Part shown: piece by piece, positions 1 through 12,148 of the stretch
How the letters are laid out: each line of letters begins with the position of its first letter
How positions within the stretch are numbered: position 1 is the first letter of the stretch
The notes under the pieces: generated by a model
Database searches by the model: none
The model's input: the letters and a program-made list of their open reading frames with translations, nothing else
What the model was told of the DNA's origin: nothing
From: Octopus bimaculoides
Taxonomy: Eukaryota
Assembly (NCBI RefSeq): GCF_001194135.2
Contig: NC_068983.1
Span: 155,435,857-155,496,983, forward strand
Direction: 5' to 3'
Length of the DNA stretch: 61,127 bases
Made by a program: the position numbers and the translations under genes

Positions 1-84
1 GGTATATAGTACCTCGAATAGGAAAAACGTGAAACTAGTTGTTGAAACTTGCGAAGTTTTAGTAAAATAAATACGTGCGTACAT

Positions 85-87
<3 letters not shown>

Positions 88-143
<56 letters not shown>

Positions 144-277
144 TGCATACACACTCATACGTACAATCACATACACATATGTACAATCACATACATATTC
201 TGCTTCTTGCATTGATAATTACTATTCCATCAAGATTGTAATCACAGACATCTACGCGCTGACACATGCATAATCAC

Positions 278-337
<60 letters not shown>

Positions 338-360
338 TTCACACACATAAACATACACAC
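88..360. repeat. (CA)n-rich microsatellite tract
   Basis: Direct reading: two interrupted (CA)n runs. Confidence 0.95.
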
Positions 361-948
361 ACCCTTGCACAATTTGTATATAACACCATGCCAACACAAA
401 TCTCAAATTATGACCATTCACAGTTTCTGAAGTGTTCAAGCTGAAGATTGAAATTTAAAAAAAAATGCTTTGTTCTGTTGTTCTTTGGAAATCTTTAATA
501 TTCCNNNNNNNNNNNNNNNNNNNNNNNNNNNNNNNNNNNNNNNNNNNNNNNNNNNNNNNNNNNNNNNNNNNNNNNNNNNNNNNNNNNNNNNNNNNNNNNN
601 NNNNNNNNNNNNNNNNNNNNNNNNNNNNNNNNNNNNNNNNNNNNNNNNNNNNNNNNNNNNNNNNNNNNNNNNNNNNNNNNNNNNNNNNNNNNNNNNNNNN
701 NNNNNNNNNNNNNNNNNNNNNNNNNNNNNNNNNNNNNNNNNNNNNNNNNNNNNNNNNNNNNNNNNNNNNNNNNNNNNNNNNNNNNNNNNNNNNNNNNNNN
801 NNNNNNNNNNNNNNNNNNNNNNNNNNNNNNNNNNNNNNNNNNNNNNNNNNNNNNNNNNNNNNNNNNNNNNNNNNNNNNNNNNNNNNNNNNNNNNNNNNNN
901 NNNNNNNNNNNNNNNNNNNNNNNNNNNNNNNNNNNNNNNNNNNNNNNN

Positions 949-1150
949 ACCCTTAACGTAGTTCTCGGGGATATTCAGCGTGACACAGTGTGACAAGGCT
1001 GACCCTTTGAATTACAGGTACAACAGAAACAGGAAGTAAGAGTGAGAGAAAGTTGTGGTGGAAGAGTACAGCAGGGTTCACCACCATCCCCTGCCGGAGC
1101 CTCGTGGAGCTTTAGGTGTTTTCGCTCAATGAACACTCACAACGCCCGGT
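949..1150 (-). mobile_element. SINE family A, partial copy (gap on one side, tRNA head missing)
   Basis: Near-identical to the body of the full copies at 17451-17840 and 22033-22416 (acccttaacgtagttctcggggatattcagcgtgacacagtgtgacaaggctg...caacgcccggt). Confidence 0.9.
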
Positions 1151-2084
1151 AAATGGACATTGAGAATTAATTGAAAACCATTTCAGCGTATTCTTTCTAA
1201 AGCCCCCCCCCACTCACAAAAAGAAAACAAAAACAGCTATAAATTTCCTGAGTGTTATATAGTAATATATACTACATATAATTAATAAATATTTTCTTAT
1301 ATTGGTGTGATTGCTGAAAATCTACATAAAATCCTCATGAATATCAGAATCTCAAAATCTGACACTGATCATTCTTAATATTTGAAACGAGCCTCAACTC
1401 TATATAAAAACTGTGTGCTGAGTTTGTCTCGTTAAATTAATCACTCACAGACAGAGCCATATTTCAGCAAGTATCAGATATAGTGCACCGTCTCGAGGGC
1501 TTCTTCAGTGATTATTATTTTCTTTCTTTCTCTCTCTCCTTTTTTTTTTTAATTAACTTTTTCACTGCTTGACTGACAGAAAAAAATATTAATACACGTC
1601 ATAACTGACATTTGTAGTGAATGAAACGAAATTCTCAGTTCGGAAACTGATTTGCTGACAGAAAAACGAATCTCTCTATCACCGCTGAGAAACTCTATAT
1701 AAATGTTTGAAATTCATTATTTCACTTTTCCATACTGGCATGAGCTGGACGGGACATTTCAAAATAGTGTTTTACACTCCGATGCCATTCTGATGTTAAC
1801 CTTTTTGTTTGCCTGCCAAGCTTGCAACGATAAGGTATATGTGTTCTATATACCAATATACATAAGGTATGTTAGATTAATTCTTATTGCGAATAAGATT
1901 GTATTTCTTCGAGCTATTAAATTGATTATTTACATCTAAATTACATTTCTGTTATCAGGCATATCATTTCCAATAGATTTAACCAAAGTAGGACTTTTAA
2001 TTTCTAAACTAAAGATAATATCGTTCTTATCAACTTGTCCACAGATGCATGCCCTATTACTTTTGGAATTTAAAGTATTTATAT

Positions 2085-2490
2085 TTAATTCTCGGTAATG
2101 AGAGCTGTTCTGTCTCCCGGAAGATGAATTCCGCATCTACAGTGCATCAGAAAATATCAGATGGTGCCATCACGTTTCCAACAAAGAGCTGCGTGCCGCA
2201 CGCATCAGCCCGCAACCTCCAGCATCATAGCTATCCGTTACATGAGCTGGTAAAGATATGTCTTCTGTCTCCCACTAGATCATCCTACCAGGGCCTTGCT
2301 CTCATCCGACACAGTAGCTGCAGACTGGAAGAGGTCTTGTGGTATCAGATAGCTGGACGTAACTGGGAAAATATCCAAAGGCTCGACATCACTTTGGAGT
2401 ATACAAAAGGGCTGGCTCAGGACTGCCAGCGATGGACCTGGTCGGCTCTGCGTATGATGACATCTCTGAGACCACTAACTTGGAATGACC
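2085..2490 (+). mobile_element. RTE-like LINE 3' remnant (C-terminus of ORF2), frameshifted
   Basis: Across frames: GNESCSVSRKM..., IRWCHHVSNKELR, LPLDHPTRALL...DWKR, LAQDCQRW. These resemble the RTE/CR1-group tail motifs (IxW...VSNeE, W.gHv.R, AqDR..W). Confidence 0.6.
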
Positions 2491-2662
2491 CCAGCCTCTT
2501 CAAGCAAGAGCATGAAGCCAACCAGCTTGTCAGTAATGAGAGCCATAATCTTACTATATAACAAGCCCTGTTAATTCAGAACATGTACATTTGACAATGT
2601 GTCATCGAGTCTTTAAATCTGACATAATAAAGGTCAGCTTGAAAAAGGGTAACCAAGGATTT

Positions 2663-2731
2663 AAAAATGCGACTAAAACAACATACTGAAAAATGTGACT
2701 AAAACAACATCCTGAAAAATGCGACTAAAAC
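2663..2731. repeat. 26-bp minisatellite, about 2.7 copies
   Basis: aaaaatgcgactaaaacaacatactg / aaaaatgtgactaaaacaacatcctg / aaaaatgcgactaaaac. Confidence 0.9.
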
Positions 2732-3394
2732 TGCTTCCTTTCCACACGATCCAGGCAAATAAAAATATTTTATTAACTCTAAAGTAACTGCAATATTAAT
2801 AATACCCGCTGGCTGTAATACTGTGTTTCAAGCTACAACATGAATTAAGGGAAGGAAAACAATTGTGAGTGTCAGACTAAGCATTTTGGGTCATCTCTAT
2901 GTTGCTTATTGCCATATCTATAGACATGAAAGAGCAAACTGACCTGCAAAGGAAAATACTTGCACAGATAATATCAATGCACCACATACAGTAAACCACA
3001 ATATGTAGGAGTGTGCAGTCAGATTTTCAGTAAGTCGAAGGTGTATATTGCATATCCAATATAAAATATTGTCGATAAATACAACTAAAATCCATAGCCG
3101 TTTAACGCAAGCGAATATAAATTGGTAGAATGCATCATGCTTTTGCTGCTTTAGGTGGTTATGTAGTCACGAACAAACAACCGGACCTCTTGTCTTCCCA
3201 CTCCTGACCTATAGAACATGAGAGAAATTGTACCAACATTCGGCTGGTACTTATTTCAGCTGAGTAAACTAGGGAAATGTGAGATGACGAGCCTTCTCAC
3301 AACGCGCTGCTCGTATGATCCTGAGTCTAACAGCTTAACTACTGGATCATACGACAATAATTAATGATATTTATAAATACCATACAATATCAAG

Positions 3395-4530
3395 AATTTT
3401 TTTTTCTTGATTAGATTTAATATTGTAGAAGAGGGTGGGGCCAAAGTCTTCGCAACGGGTGAAGACGATGCACTTAATGTTATTCTTGAGCAGTTGTAAG
3501 CCAAAGACTGCAAAAGAAATATGCACAGGGAAAGATTTTTCAGAGGGTCAACGTTCTAGGGATTAAGAACAAGGTGTTGCGGTTAGTACAGAGTCTTTGT
3601 TGGTAGATACAATGAGTCGGGAATCAAATCGCTTGGGATACTGAATAGAAATGGAACGAAACAACTAACTGCCAAAGGTTGGATTGTGCAGGTTAGTAAA
3701 TATGTGTATATGAACACGTAGCCTTTTCCTTGGTGTGGTCTAGGGTGTTAGTGCGGGTAGAAGTAGCAACCTCCAAGATATAGAAACAATAATCTTTCGT
3801 GGGTCTCACCTGAGTTATGTACAGGGTTAGTGATTATAGTGAGCTAAATTATTTTCTGGTTCTGATGTGGAAAAACAGTTTTTGTGATGCAGCCTTTATT
3901 ATGTTGAAGATGTGCGTTCGCAAGATGGTATACTCGGTGATAGCGAGATCGTACTATTTGCGTTTAATGAAAAGGTGTAATATTGTTTCATGGTATGTGT
4001 TTCTTATTGTCTTCGTACATGTAGTCAGCACAGACTCTATTGTGTCTAACCGGCATGTAGATGCCACTTGAGTGGATCAGGAATTAAGAGTGGTATCACT
4101 CACATAGTCACGTAAGAGAAGTCACGTTGCTAGAAGCTGAAAGTATGTTTGTAATTGAGGTAAAGGAGAAAAAGCTTGTAGAAAAAACAATCAGAACCTT
4201 GGCATACACCAGAGTTAATAAAGCATGGATCACACAGAGTTCACGGTGTGCACCACTGTGGTGAAATCTGGTAGAAAGCCACTGATCTAATAGATGAGGG
4301 ACGAATTAAGTCTATAGACAAAAAAGTTTGGCAGGAAACTCGCATGTCAGATACAGTTCAATGCTTTGTTTATGTCGAGTGAAACAATATCATTTTTACC
4401 AAATGCCTTGAGAGCGAAAGCTCTCTGGCTTAGGAGAATTGGTCTCCAGAAGAGATCTGGCTTTGAGAAAACGGTATTGCGGTCATCAAGGAAGGTCAGA
4501 GTTTCAAGAACTTTTTTGATGATTCCTGTC
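3395..4530 (-). mobile_element. CR1/L2-like LINE reverse transcriptase remnant
   Basis: Minus-strand translation gives VSLDINKALNCI*H (LDIsKAFD.VwH), INSGVCQGS, YVSDTTL (YADD, 4086-4106) and KAASQKLFFHIRTRK*...LYITQVRPTKDYC. Many stops and frameshifts. Confidence 0.85.
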
Positions 4531-4802
4531 CAGCCCTTCGACTAGGTACTCATGTATTATAAGCACTCTTGACTAGAGTTAGCATCGGGTTAAGCAAAAG
4601 CAGCTGCAACAGCAAGAGCAAAGATAAATAAGGGCAATAGCAACAACAATGACAATAAGCCAAAAAGAGGTTGTATCTGGTCTTCCAGCTTATTAGAAAT
4701 AGCAGCCAAATTCCCTCTAATTCACATTGGACCGTCCTTTTATAAACCATTTTCATACATACATATATGCATACATACATACATACATACATATATATAT
4801 AT

Positions 4803-4854
4803 GTTATTATTATTATTATTATTATTATCATTATTATTATTATTATTATTATTA

Positions 4855-4888
<34 letters not shown>

Positions 4889-4902
4889 CATTATTATTAT
4901 TA

Positions 4903-4948
<46 letters not shown>

Positions 4949-4959
4949 CATTATTATTA

Positions 4960-4993
<34 letters not shown>

Positions 4994-5007
4994 CATTATT
5001 ATTATTA

Positions 5008-5038
<31 letters not shown>

Positions 5039-5070
5039 CATTATTATTATTATTATTATTATCATTATTA
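4803..5070. repeat. (ATT)n microsatellite with ATC interruptions
   Basis: Direct reading; source of the poly-I/Y/L ORFs. Confidence 0.95.
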
Positions 5071-5932
5071 TGTAGGTATGTAAAATGGTCTTTACTGGAA
5101 AGTCTTGGAACATAAGTCTTACGAAATTAGAACTGATATAACTGCTAAACATCACCCATTGTCACAAGAAATATTACAACAAAATTAAATACAACAATAA
5201 CAACAACAACAGCAACTAACTGTATAGCTGCAACAGTACCTACAGAGACAAAAATAGCCACACCAACAACAATAACAACAATAACAACAATAGTAACAGC
5301 AATCGCTGCAAAAGCAGCATCATTAACAACTATAGCAACAACAACAACAACCACACAAAACACAAAATGGTAGAAACTACAGTGGATTATTTTTGATATA
5401 TGCATATGGCCACCTATATGAGAGAGGAAGCAGTCGATACCATAGTCCCCAGTATAGTTCCCAGTACGTGACTGGTTCTTTATTTTACCGACCCCCAGAA
5501 GGATAAAAAGCAAAGGTGATTGCAGGAAATGATCTTAGAACGTCAGGGAAATGACTCCAGGAAATGATTTTAGAACGGAAAAAATAGCGCAGGGCATTTG
5601 ACTAACGCTCTAACAATCCTGTTAACTTGAACAGTGTTACAAGAATCACATAAGCCTCAATAATAACCAAAATAACCCCCCAACAATAGCTACAACAGTA
5701 ACAAAAGACACAAAAATTACAACAATATCGGCTACAGCAACTACAATCTGCGACAACGAGCACAACAGCAATAATACAGACACGTGCAGTAAAAACCAAT
5801 AGCACAAATACGCGTTGGGCTGTCAAATGCTTTCAGGCTGTCAAATATCTTCAGCATTTGGACAGACGAACGATGATAAGAGATTATTCAATAGCTGGCT
5901 GTAGGGAAATAGAAAGGGACATTCGAGAGTAC

Positions 5933-6325
<393 letters not shown>

Positions 6326-6465
6326 AAAATGATTTAGAAATTCTTGTACACTTCCCAGATTGGATATTTGAAATTTATGTCATATTTGTTTTGGTTTTCC
6401 ATTATGTAATTAACTGATGGAAGCTACTGTCATCACAACTACAGCCAAATACATATAATTCCACC

Positions 6466-8220
6466 TCCAACGACTACCGACACACCCACCACCATCGCCA
6501 CCACCACTGCCACCGCCGCCGCCAACCGCACCGCCACCAACAACCACCACCACAACAACTTTTCCAGCCACTCGACTACAGACTTTGTCAATCACACCAG
6601 CAGCAACAGTAGCACCACCACCACCACCACCACCACNNNNNNNNNNNNNNNNNNNNNNNNNNNNNNNNNNNNNNNNNNNNNNNNNNNNNNNNNNNNNNNN
6701 NNNNNNNNNNNNNNNNNNNNNNNNNNNNNNNNNNNNNNNNNNNNNNNNNNNNNNNNNNNNNNNNNNNNNNNNNNNNNNNNNNNNNNNNNNNNNNNNNNNN
6801 NNNNNNNNNNNNNNNNNNNNNNNNNNNNNNNNNNNNNNNNNNNNNNNNNNNNNNNNNNNNNNNNNNNNNNNNNNNNNNNNNNNNNNNNNNNNNNNNNNNN
6901 NNNNNNNNNNNNNNNNNNNNNNNNNNNNNNNNNNNNNNNNNNNNNNNNNNNNNNNNNNNNNNNNNNNNNNNNNNNNNNNNNNNNNNNNNNNNNNNNNNNN
7001 NNNNNNNNNNNNNNNNNNNNNNNNNNNNNNNNNNNNNNNNNNNNNNNNNNNNNNNNNNNNNNNNNNNNNNNNNNNNNNNNNNNNNNNNNNNNNNNNNNNN
7101 NNNNNNNNNNNNNNNNNNNNNNNNNNNNNNNNNNNNNNNNNNNNNNNNNNNNNNNNNNNNNNNNNNNNNNNNNNNNNNNNNNNNNNNNNNNNNNNNNNNN
7201 NNNNNNNNNNNNNNNNNNNNNNNNNNNNNNNNNNNNNNNNNNNNNNNNNNNNNNNNNNNNNNNNNNNNNNNNNNNNNNNNNNNNNNNNNNNNNNNNNNNN
7301 NNNNNNNNNNNNNNNNNNNNNNNNNNNNNNNNNNNNNNNNNNNNNNNNNNNNNNNNNNNNNNNNNNNNNNNNNNNNNNNNNNNNNNNNNNNNNNNNNNNN
7401 NNNNNNNNNNNNNNNNNNNNNNNNNNNNNNNNNNNNNNNNNNNNNNNNNNNNNNNNNNNNNNNNNNNNNNNNNNNNNNNNNNNNNCACCACCACCACCAC
7501 CACCATCACCGCCACTGCCGCCGCCACCTCCTCCTTCACCGCCAATGCGAACACTACACCGCTACCATTGCAACTGATACAGCAGCACCATTACCACCGG
7601 TGCTATAATCACGTCTCCACCAAAACTGGCATCACCAATACTATGCTTAGTTGCTATAACAACCGTTATCATCATCACCATCATAATCACATGACCATCA
7701 TTACCATCGCAACCAACTATAATACCAGCAGCCCCAGCAACGACACCATCACTATCATTATCACCCCCCACCCCCCAACATCACTATTACTCCCTGCCAC
7801 CACCACCACCACAACCACAACCACAACCATTACTCTTCCCCCCACCCCCACTGCTACCACTTCTAAATGATCTTATGCCAGTTGTATCAGTGCTGATAAC
7901 AACACCGAAACATCACTACCACTAACGCCACCATAGTTTTCATAACTCCCACCACTACCACCACCACAACCACCACCACCACCATCACTACCACCATCAC
8001 CACTTCTAGTAGCAGCAACAGCTCCACTAACCCCTCCATCACCACCAACCATCTGCAACAACCTCTCCATCAATAACACCGCCACAAACGCCACCACCAT
8101 TTTCACCATCTTCCAGCGAATACTTCAACCACAACATTCAATATCACCACTACTACCTGCACCACCACCATCACTACTACTAACACCACTAACATCACCA
8201 CCGCCACCACCACCGCCAAG
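6466..8220. repeat. (CAC)n-derived low-complexity tract spanning a gap
   Basis: Degenerate CAC/CAT/CAA triplets on both sides of gap 6637-7485. Confidence 0.85.
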
Positions 8221-8469
8221 TCACCAATATTTAGCAATGCAATAATAAAAAATTAACCATATTCGAAGAAGTCCAACACAAACGCAAACGTTGTGTGTTT
8301 AATCAAAAAATATCGCAATTCATTAAAAAAAAAAAAAATGATGGAAATTATTTAATGGAAAAAAACTGGCAATGATTGAACTATTTAAAGGTTCCACTAA
8401 TCACATATCAAACTTCATTTCTTGTTCATTATTGATTTCTGTTAACTAGTCATACGGGCTAATATTGAC

Positions 8470-8800
8470 ACAGATTGAATATACTTGCCAACATACTCCA
8501 ACCTCTGGTCTACAGACGTGCTGTCTCTTTACTCTACGTTTTTTCTACCGCTACTGCAGTGGTTTCTGTGCCTTGAAGCTTGTTGATATCGCCTTTTCTC
8601 CAATCAGTCATTCTCTATTCACTCTGTTCCTTTTGTCAGCCATATTGTATCAACCTCTCTCAGACCTCTCACTAACCACAAAACCCAGTATGTTTAGCCC
8701 AAGAACACTACTTCTCTGGAAATCTCTCTCTGTCCATGTTTTCCTTGTAGGAACATAAACTCCATCAGTCAAATGTGGTGATCTCACCAATATGTGAAAG
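8470..8800 (+). mobile_element. CR1/L2-like LINE 3' remnant
   Basis: LQPLVYRRAVS, FFYRYCSGFC and FSPRTLLLWKSLSVHVF match the CR1-type ORF2 tail; same type as the tail of 3395-4530. Confidence 0.75.
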
Positions 8801-9436
8801 CCTACGAATGTTAAAAGATTCTTTCCTCTCTTTTCAACCAGTGCTTCACAATCCGGGTAATCGCGTCCCCTTTTAAGCGTTGTAATTTCACATTGGTGTT
8901 TTAAATCTGAAATAAGCGCTACAGGAATAAAGTAGCGGTTCTTCCTTAGAAATAAAATATTCTAATCGGCAATAACGCATATTCTATAAACGATTCAAAA
9001 AAAAAGAAAAAAGAAAAAATTAAAACCTCTTCGAATATGAGTAGAATATTGTGTTATAGTGAGCAGAAACATGATAATAGATGCAACAAGGTCCAACATA
9101 ACTTTACTATAAAAGGACTTGCGTTCTTTAGTAATTTCCATTAAAGAATTAACACAGGAGGTACCGGTCAACGCATATTTAAAGCAGATACATGGGAGAT
9201 GAATTAACTTAAGAATATATGGGATTATTCTGCTACTGCGCAAAATTAATTTCTGCTTGAGTAAAAGTCGTCTTCTTCTTCTTCTTCTCCTTCTTCTTCT
9301 TCTTCTTCTTCTTCTTCTTCTTCTTCTTCTTCTTCTTCTTCTTNNNNNNNNNNNNNNNNNNNNNNNNNNNNNNNNNNNNNNNNNNNNNNNNNNNNNNNNN
9401 NNNNNNNNNNTCCTCCTCCTCCTCCTCCTCCTCATC

Positions 9437-9468
<32 letters not shown>

Positions 9469-9488
9469 CATCATCATCGTTATGATGG

Positions 9489-9683
9489 GAGAATCTTTAG
9501 CACACCGGGCGAAATGCTTATCAGTATTTCACTCGCCGCTACGTTCTGAGTTCAAATTCCGCCGAGGTCGACTTTGCGTTCATCATTTCGGGGTCGATAA
9601 ATTAAGTACTAGTTGAGTACTGGGGTCGATGTAATCGATTATGCCCCTCCCCCAATTTTCAGGCCTTATGCCCATAGTAGAAA
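9489..9683 (+). mobile_element. SINE family C copy
   Basis: B-box-like gttcaaattcc, body ggtcgactttg...ggggtcgataaattaagtac, tail ggccttatgcccatagtagaaa; matches 15156-15623. Confidence 0.9.
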
Positions 9684-9700
9684 TTATTATTATTATTATT

Positions 9701-9731
<31 letters not shown>

Positions 9732-9738
9732 GTGTTAT

Positions 9739-9785
9739 TAAGGCGGCGAGCTAGCAGAATCGTTAGCACGCTGTGCGAAATGCTA
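9739..9785 (+). mobile_element. SINE family C head fragment
   Basis: taaggcggcgagctagcagaatcgttagcacgctgtgcgaaatgct, between (TTG)n and (TTA)n arrays. Confidence 0.8.
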
Positions 9786-9789
9786 TCAC

Positions 9790-9834
<45 letters not shown>

Positions 9835-9844
9835 GATTATTATC

Positions 9845-10255
9845 TGGGGCTTCGAGCGGTTCCAAGCAGTGCTGTTTTCTGCAAGTGCTCACACTCGCCA
9901 GTGAAAATGATGCATTGCCCCTTGCATAGTTTAGGCGGGAACCGTCACGATTCTAGCGTCACCAACACGGCAGTGTCTTCTGAAATGATTAGTTCTGCCA
10001 GTTTTGGACAGACTACTGTTTGTTTCAGTTCTTGCAACCATTCAGCATAATTCTTGTGCTCCTTGGCTTTGCTCCAGATGTCATTCCAAAATCTTTGACT
10101 CTTTATTGTTATCTGGTATCAACTTTTCGTCTCTACACTCTCCATTTATTATCTTTATAGAACTTCTTCTGCTCTACTCTGAATAAACTATTCTGCTGGT
10201 AACCCTTCATTCTTTGGTCGTATCTTACCATCTTTGCTTTCTTTGCACCACTCTT
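9845..10255 (-). mobile_element. R4/Dong-like (RLE-type) non-LTR retrotransposon remnant, internally deleted
   Basis: Minus strand: AKMVRYDQRMKGYQQNSLFRVEQKKFYK...FWNDIWSKAKEHKNYAEWLQELK (pre-RT region), then EHLQKTALLGTAR (9890-9851, extreme C-terminus), followed by (TAA)n. Confidence 0.75.
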
Positions 10256-10714
10256 GCCATCATCTCTACCATCATAAATTTCCTCACCACTGAAATCTCC
10301 ACCAACGCTATCATCTCAACTGTCAGCTTCGTAACTCTCACTACACACGCGCGCGCAGGCGTGCATACACTCACTTCACTATGACGACGACTGACGTCAA
10401 ATCACATCTCCCAAATAATCCCACCATTTGAAGTTGTTATTGTTATTGTTTAACTTCCAGATTAGCCTTGATCGACTTGGATCCATGATCAAAAACATTC
10501 TAATCATAACCTTCTTATTCTTTTACTAGTACCGTGAATCACTCCTGGACAGAAAACAAAAAGAAACAAAAAAAAATATCAAATGATGAATCATATTTCG
10601 TGACGTAGTGATGACGTGACTGCAGACACGCGGGCTTAACTGACGGTTGAATTAATTAACTGAATTCTAAAAACAATGAGTGATTATGTGTTACTAATAT
10701 CAACAAAACAGAGC

Positions 10715-10880
10715 GGTAGATTGGTAGAAGCGTTAGCGTATGGTGCAAATAAAAGCCGTGCAGTATTGATTCCATTTCTCTGTATTCTGAATTCAAACCC
10801 CACCGAAGTCAATTATGCTTTTCGCCCTCCGGGGTCGATAAAATGGATTACCAGTAAAGTACTGGGGGTCAATACTTAAC
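10715..10880 (+). mobile_element. Old SINE family C copy
   Basis: Degenerate ggtagaagcgttagc...ttctgaattcaaaccccaccgaagtcaattatgctttt...ggggtcgataaa. Confidence 0.65.
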
Positions 10881-11894
10881 TCTGGTTCTTCCAAACTCAG
10901 TTAACCTGCTGCTTTGGTAAGGACGTGACTACTTACAATACTTCCATCCTCCAAGTCAGCGATTTGTATTCCATTACTGTGCAGAAATACGGCTACCGAG
11001 CTTCTGCCGAAAATCACGATGTGCCATAGTTTGTCATGATGTGTCATAATCTGTCAGAGTTTTGGATGTTCCCCCTACATCATTCTTACTGTAACAGGGT
11101 AAGTGGTCCTATAAGAAATAGAGCGAAGTATTGATCCTAGTACTTCGTTAGTACTTTATTCTATCGACCTTAGGAAGAAGAAAAGCCAAAGTAGACTTTG
11201 GCGAAATTTTAATTTAGAATAGGGAAGTGATGAAACAAGTACCCCAATGCAAAAAGAAGGAGAGGAGAATGACGATGATTATGATGTTGATGATGATGAT
11301 GATGATGATGATGAAGGGGAAGAGGAGGAGGAGAAGGGGTAATATTGATGATGATGATGGTGATGTCAATTGACATATCCAAACATTCGCAACTGTGCTG
11401 GGAGACTGTCTTTCGCCACACGTCTTCAGCAGGTGATGTTATTTATTAATCGAAAAATTTACTTCATTCTACACGCGTTGTAGCCTGAAGAACAGAATTT
11501 TACCACTCTTGTACACATACACACGTGAACGAATACATATGGAGCAGCTCTCCTTGTTACGTATTTATATACGAATATATATATATATATATATANNNNN
11601 NNNNNNNNNNNNNNNNNNNNNNNNNNNNNNNNNNNNNNNNNNNNNNNNNNNNNNNNNNNNNNNNNNNNNNNNNNNNNNNNNNNNNNNNNNNNNNNNNNNN
11701 NNNNNNNNNNNNNNNNNNNNNNNNNNNNNNNNNNNNNNNNNNNNNNNNNNNNNNNNNNNNNNNNNNNNNNNNNNNNNNNNNNNNNNNNNNNNNNNNNNNN
11801 NNNNNNNNNNNNNNNNNNNNNNNNNNNATATATATATATATAATACAAATAATATGTGAGTATATGCATATATACGTACTATATGCATGTATCT

Positions 11895-12148
11895 ATATGT
11901 ATATATAGATGCATATCTGGGTACAGGACGTTACAAAAAACATGGACAAAATGAGGAACAGAACATAAACAGAGCACAGGAATCACACAAGCCACATAGA
12001 GAACATTTCCTTCATCAGCTGCCACCATTCTAAAACGGGTTGGTCATCCTGTGTCCTTGTCTCTCAATGTACTTCACTTCCAACTCAAGTAAAGACTCAA
12101 CCATCTTAGAACCACTGACCTCAGGTCTTTCATTGTGTAGTTAAGGCA
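11895..12148 (-). mobile_element. Possible Penelope-like 3' end / pseudo-LTR remnant
   Basis: Minus strand ...ESLLELEVKYIERQGHRMTNPF* followed by gctgatgaagga and a T-rich tail running into (TA)n. Weak resemblance to a GIY-YIG C-terminus. Confidence 0.3.

Noticed and set aside
10-45. Hammerhead-like 3' half (aacgtgaaact, shared with 38038-38048, plus palindromic ACTAGT)
   Set aside because: The CUGANGA core and stem II 5' strand are not recognisable; at most a decayed relic.
436-996. Long ORFs spanning N runs (also 6585, 11459, 20641, 25531, 32606, 37384, 46653, 56095, 58479)
   Set aside because: Artefacts of translating assembly gaps.
6410-8109. Pro/Thr/His-rich mucin- or extensin-like ORFs
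   Set aside because: Degenerate (CAC)n tract with stops in all frames and no splice support.
10925-11112. Possible minus-strand exon (acceptor tatttcttatag, donor gtaagt; ...LWHIVIFGRSSVAVFLHSNGIQIADLEDGSI)
   Set aside because: All three frames from the acceptor contain stops; no family recognised.
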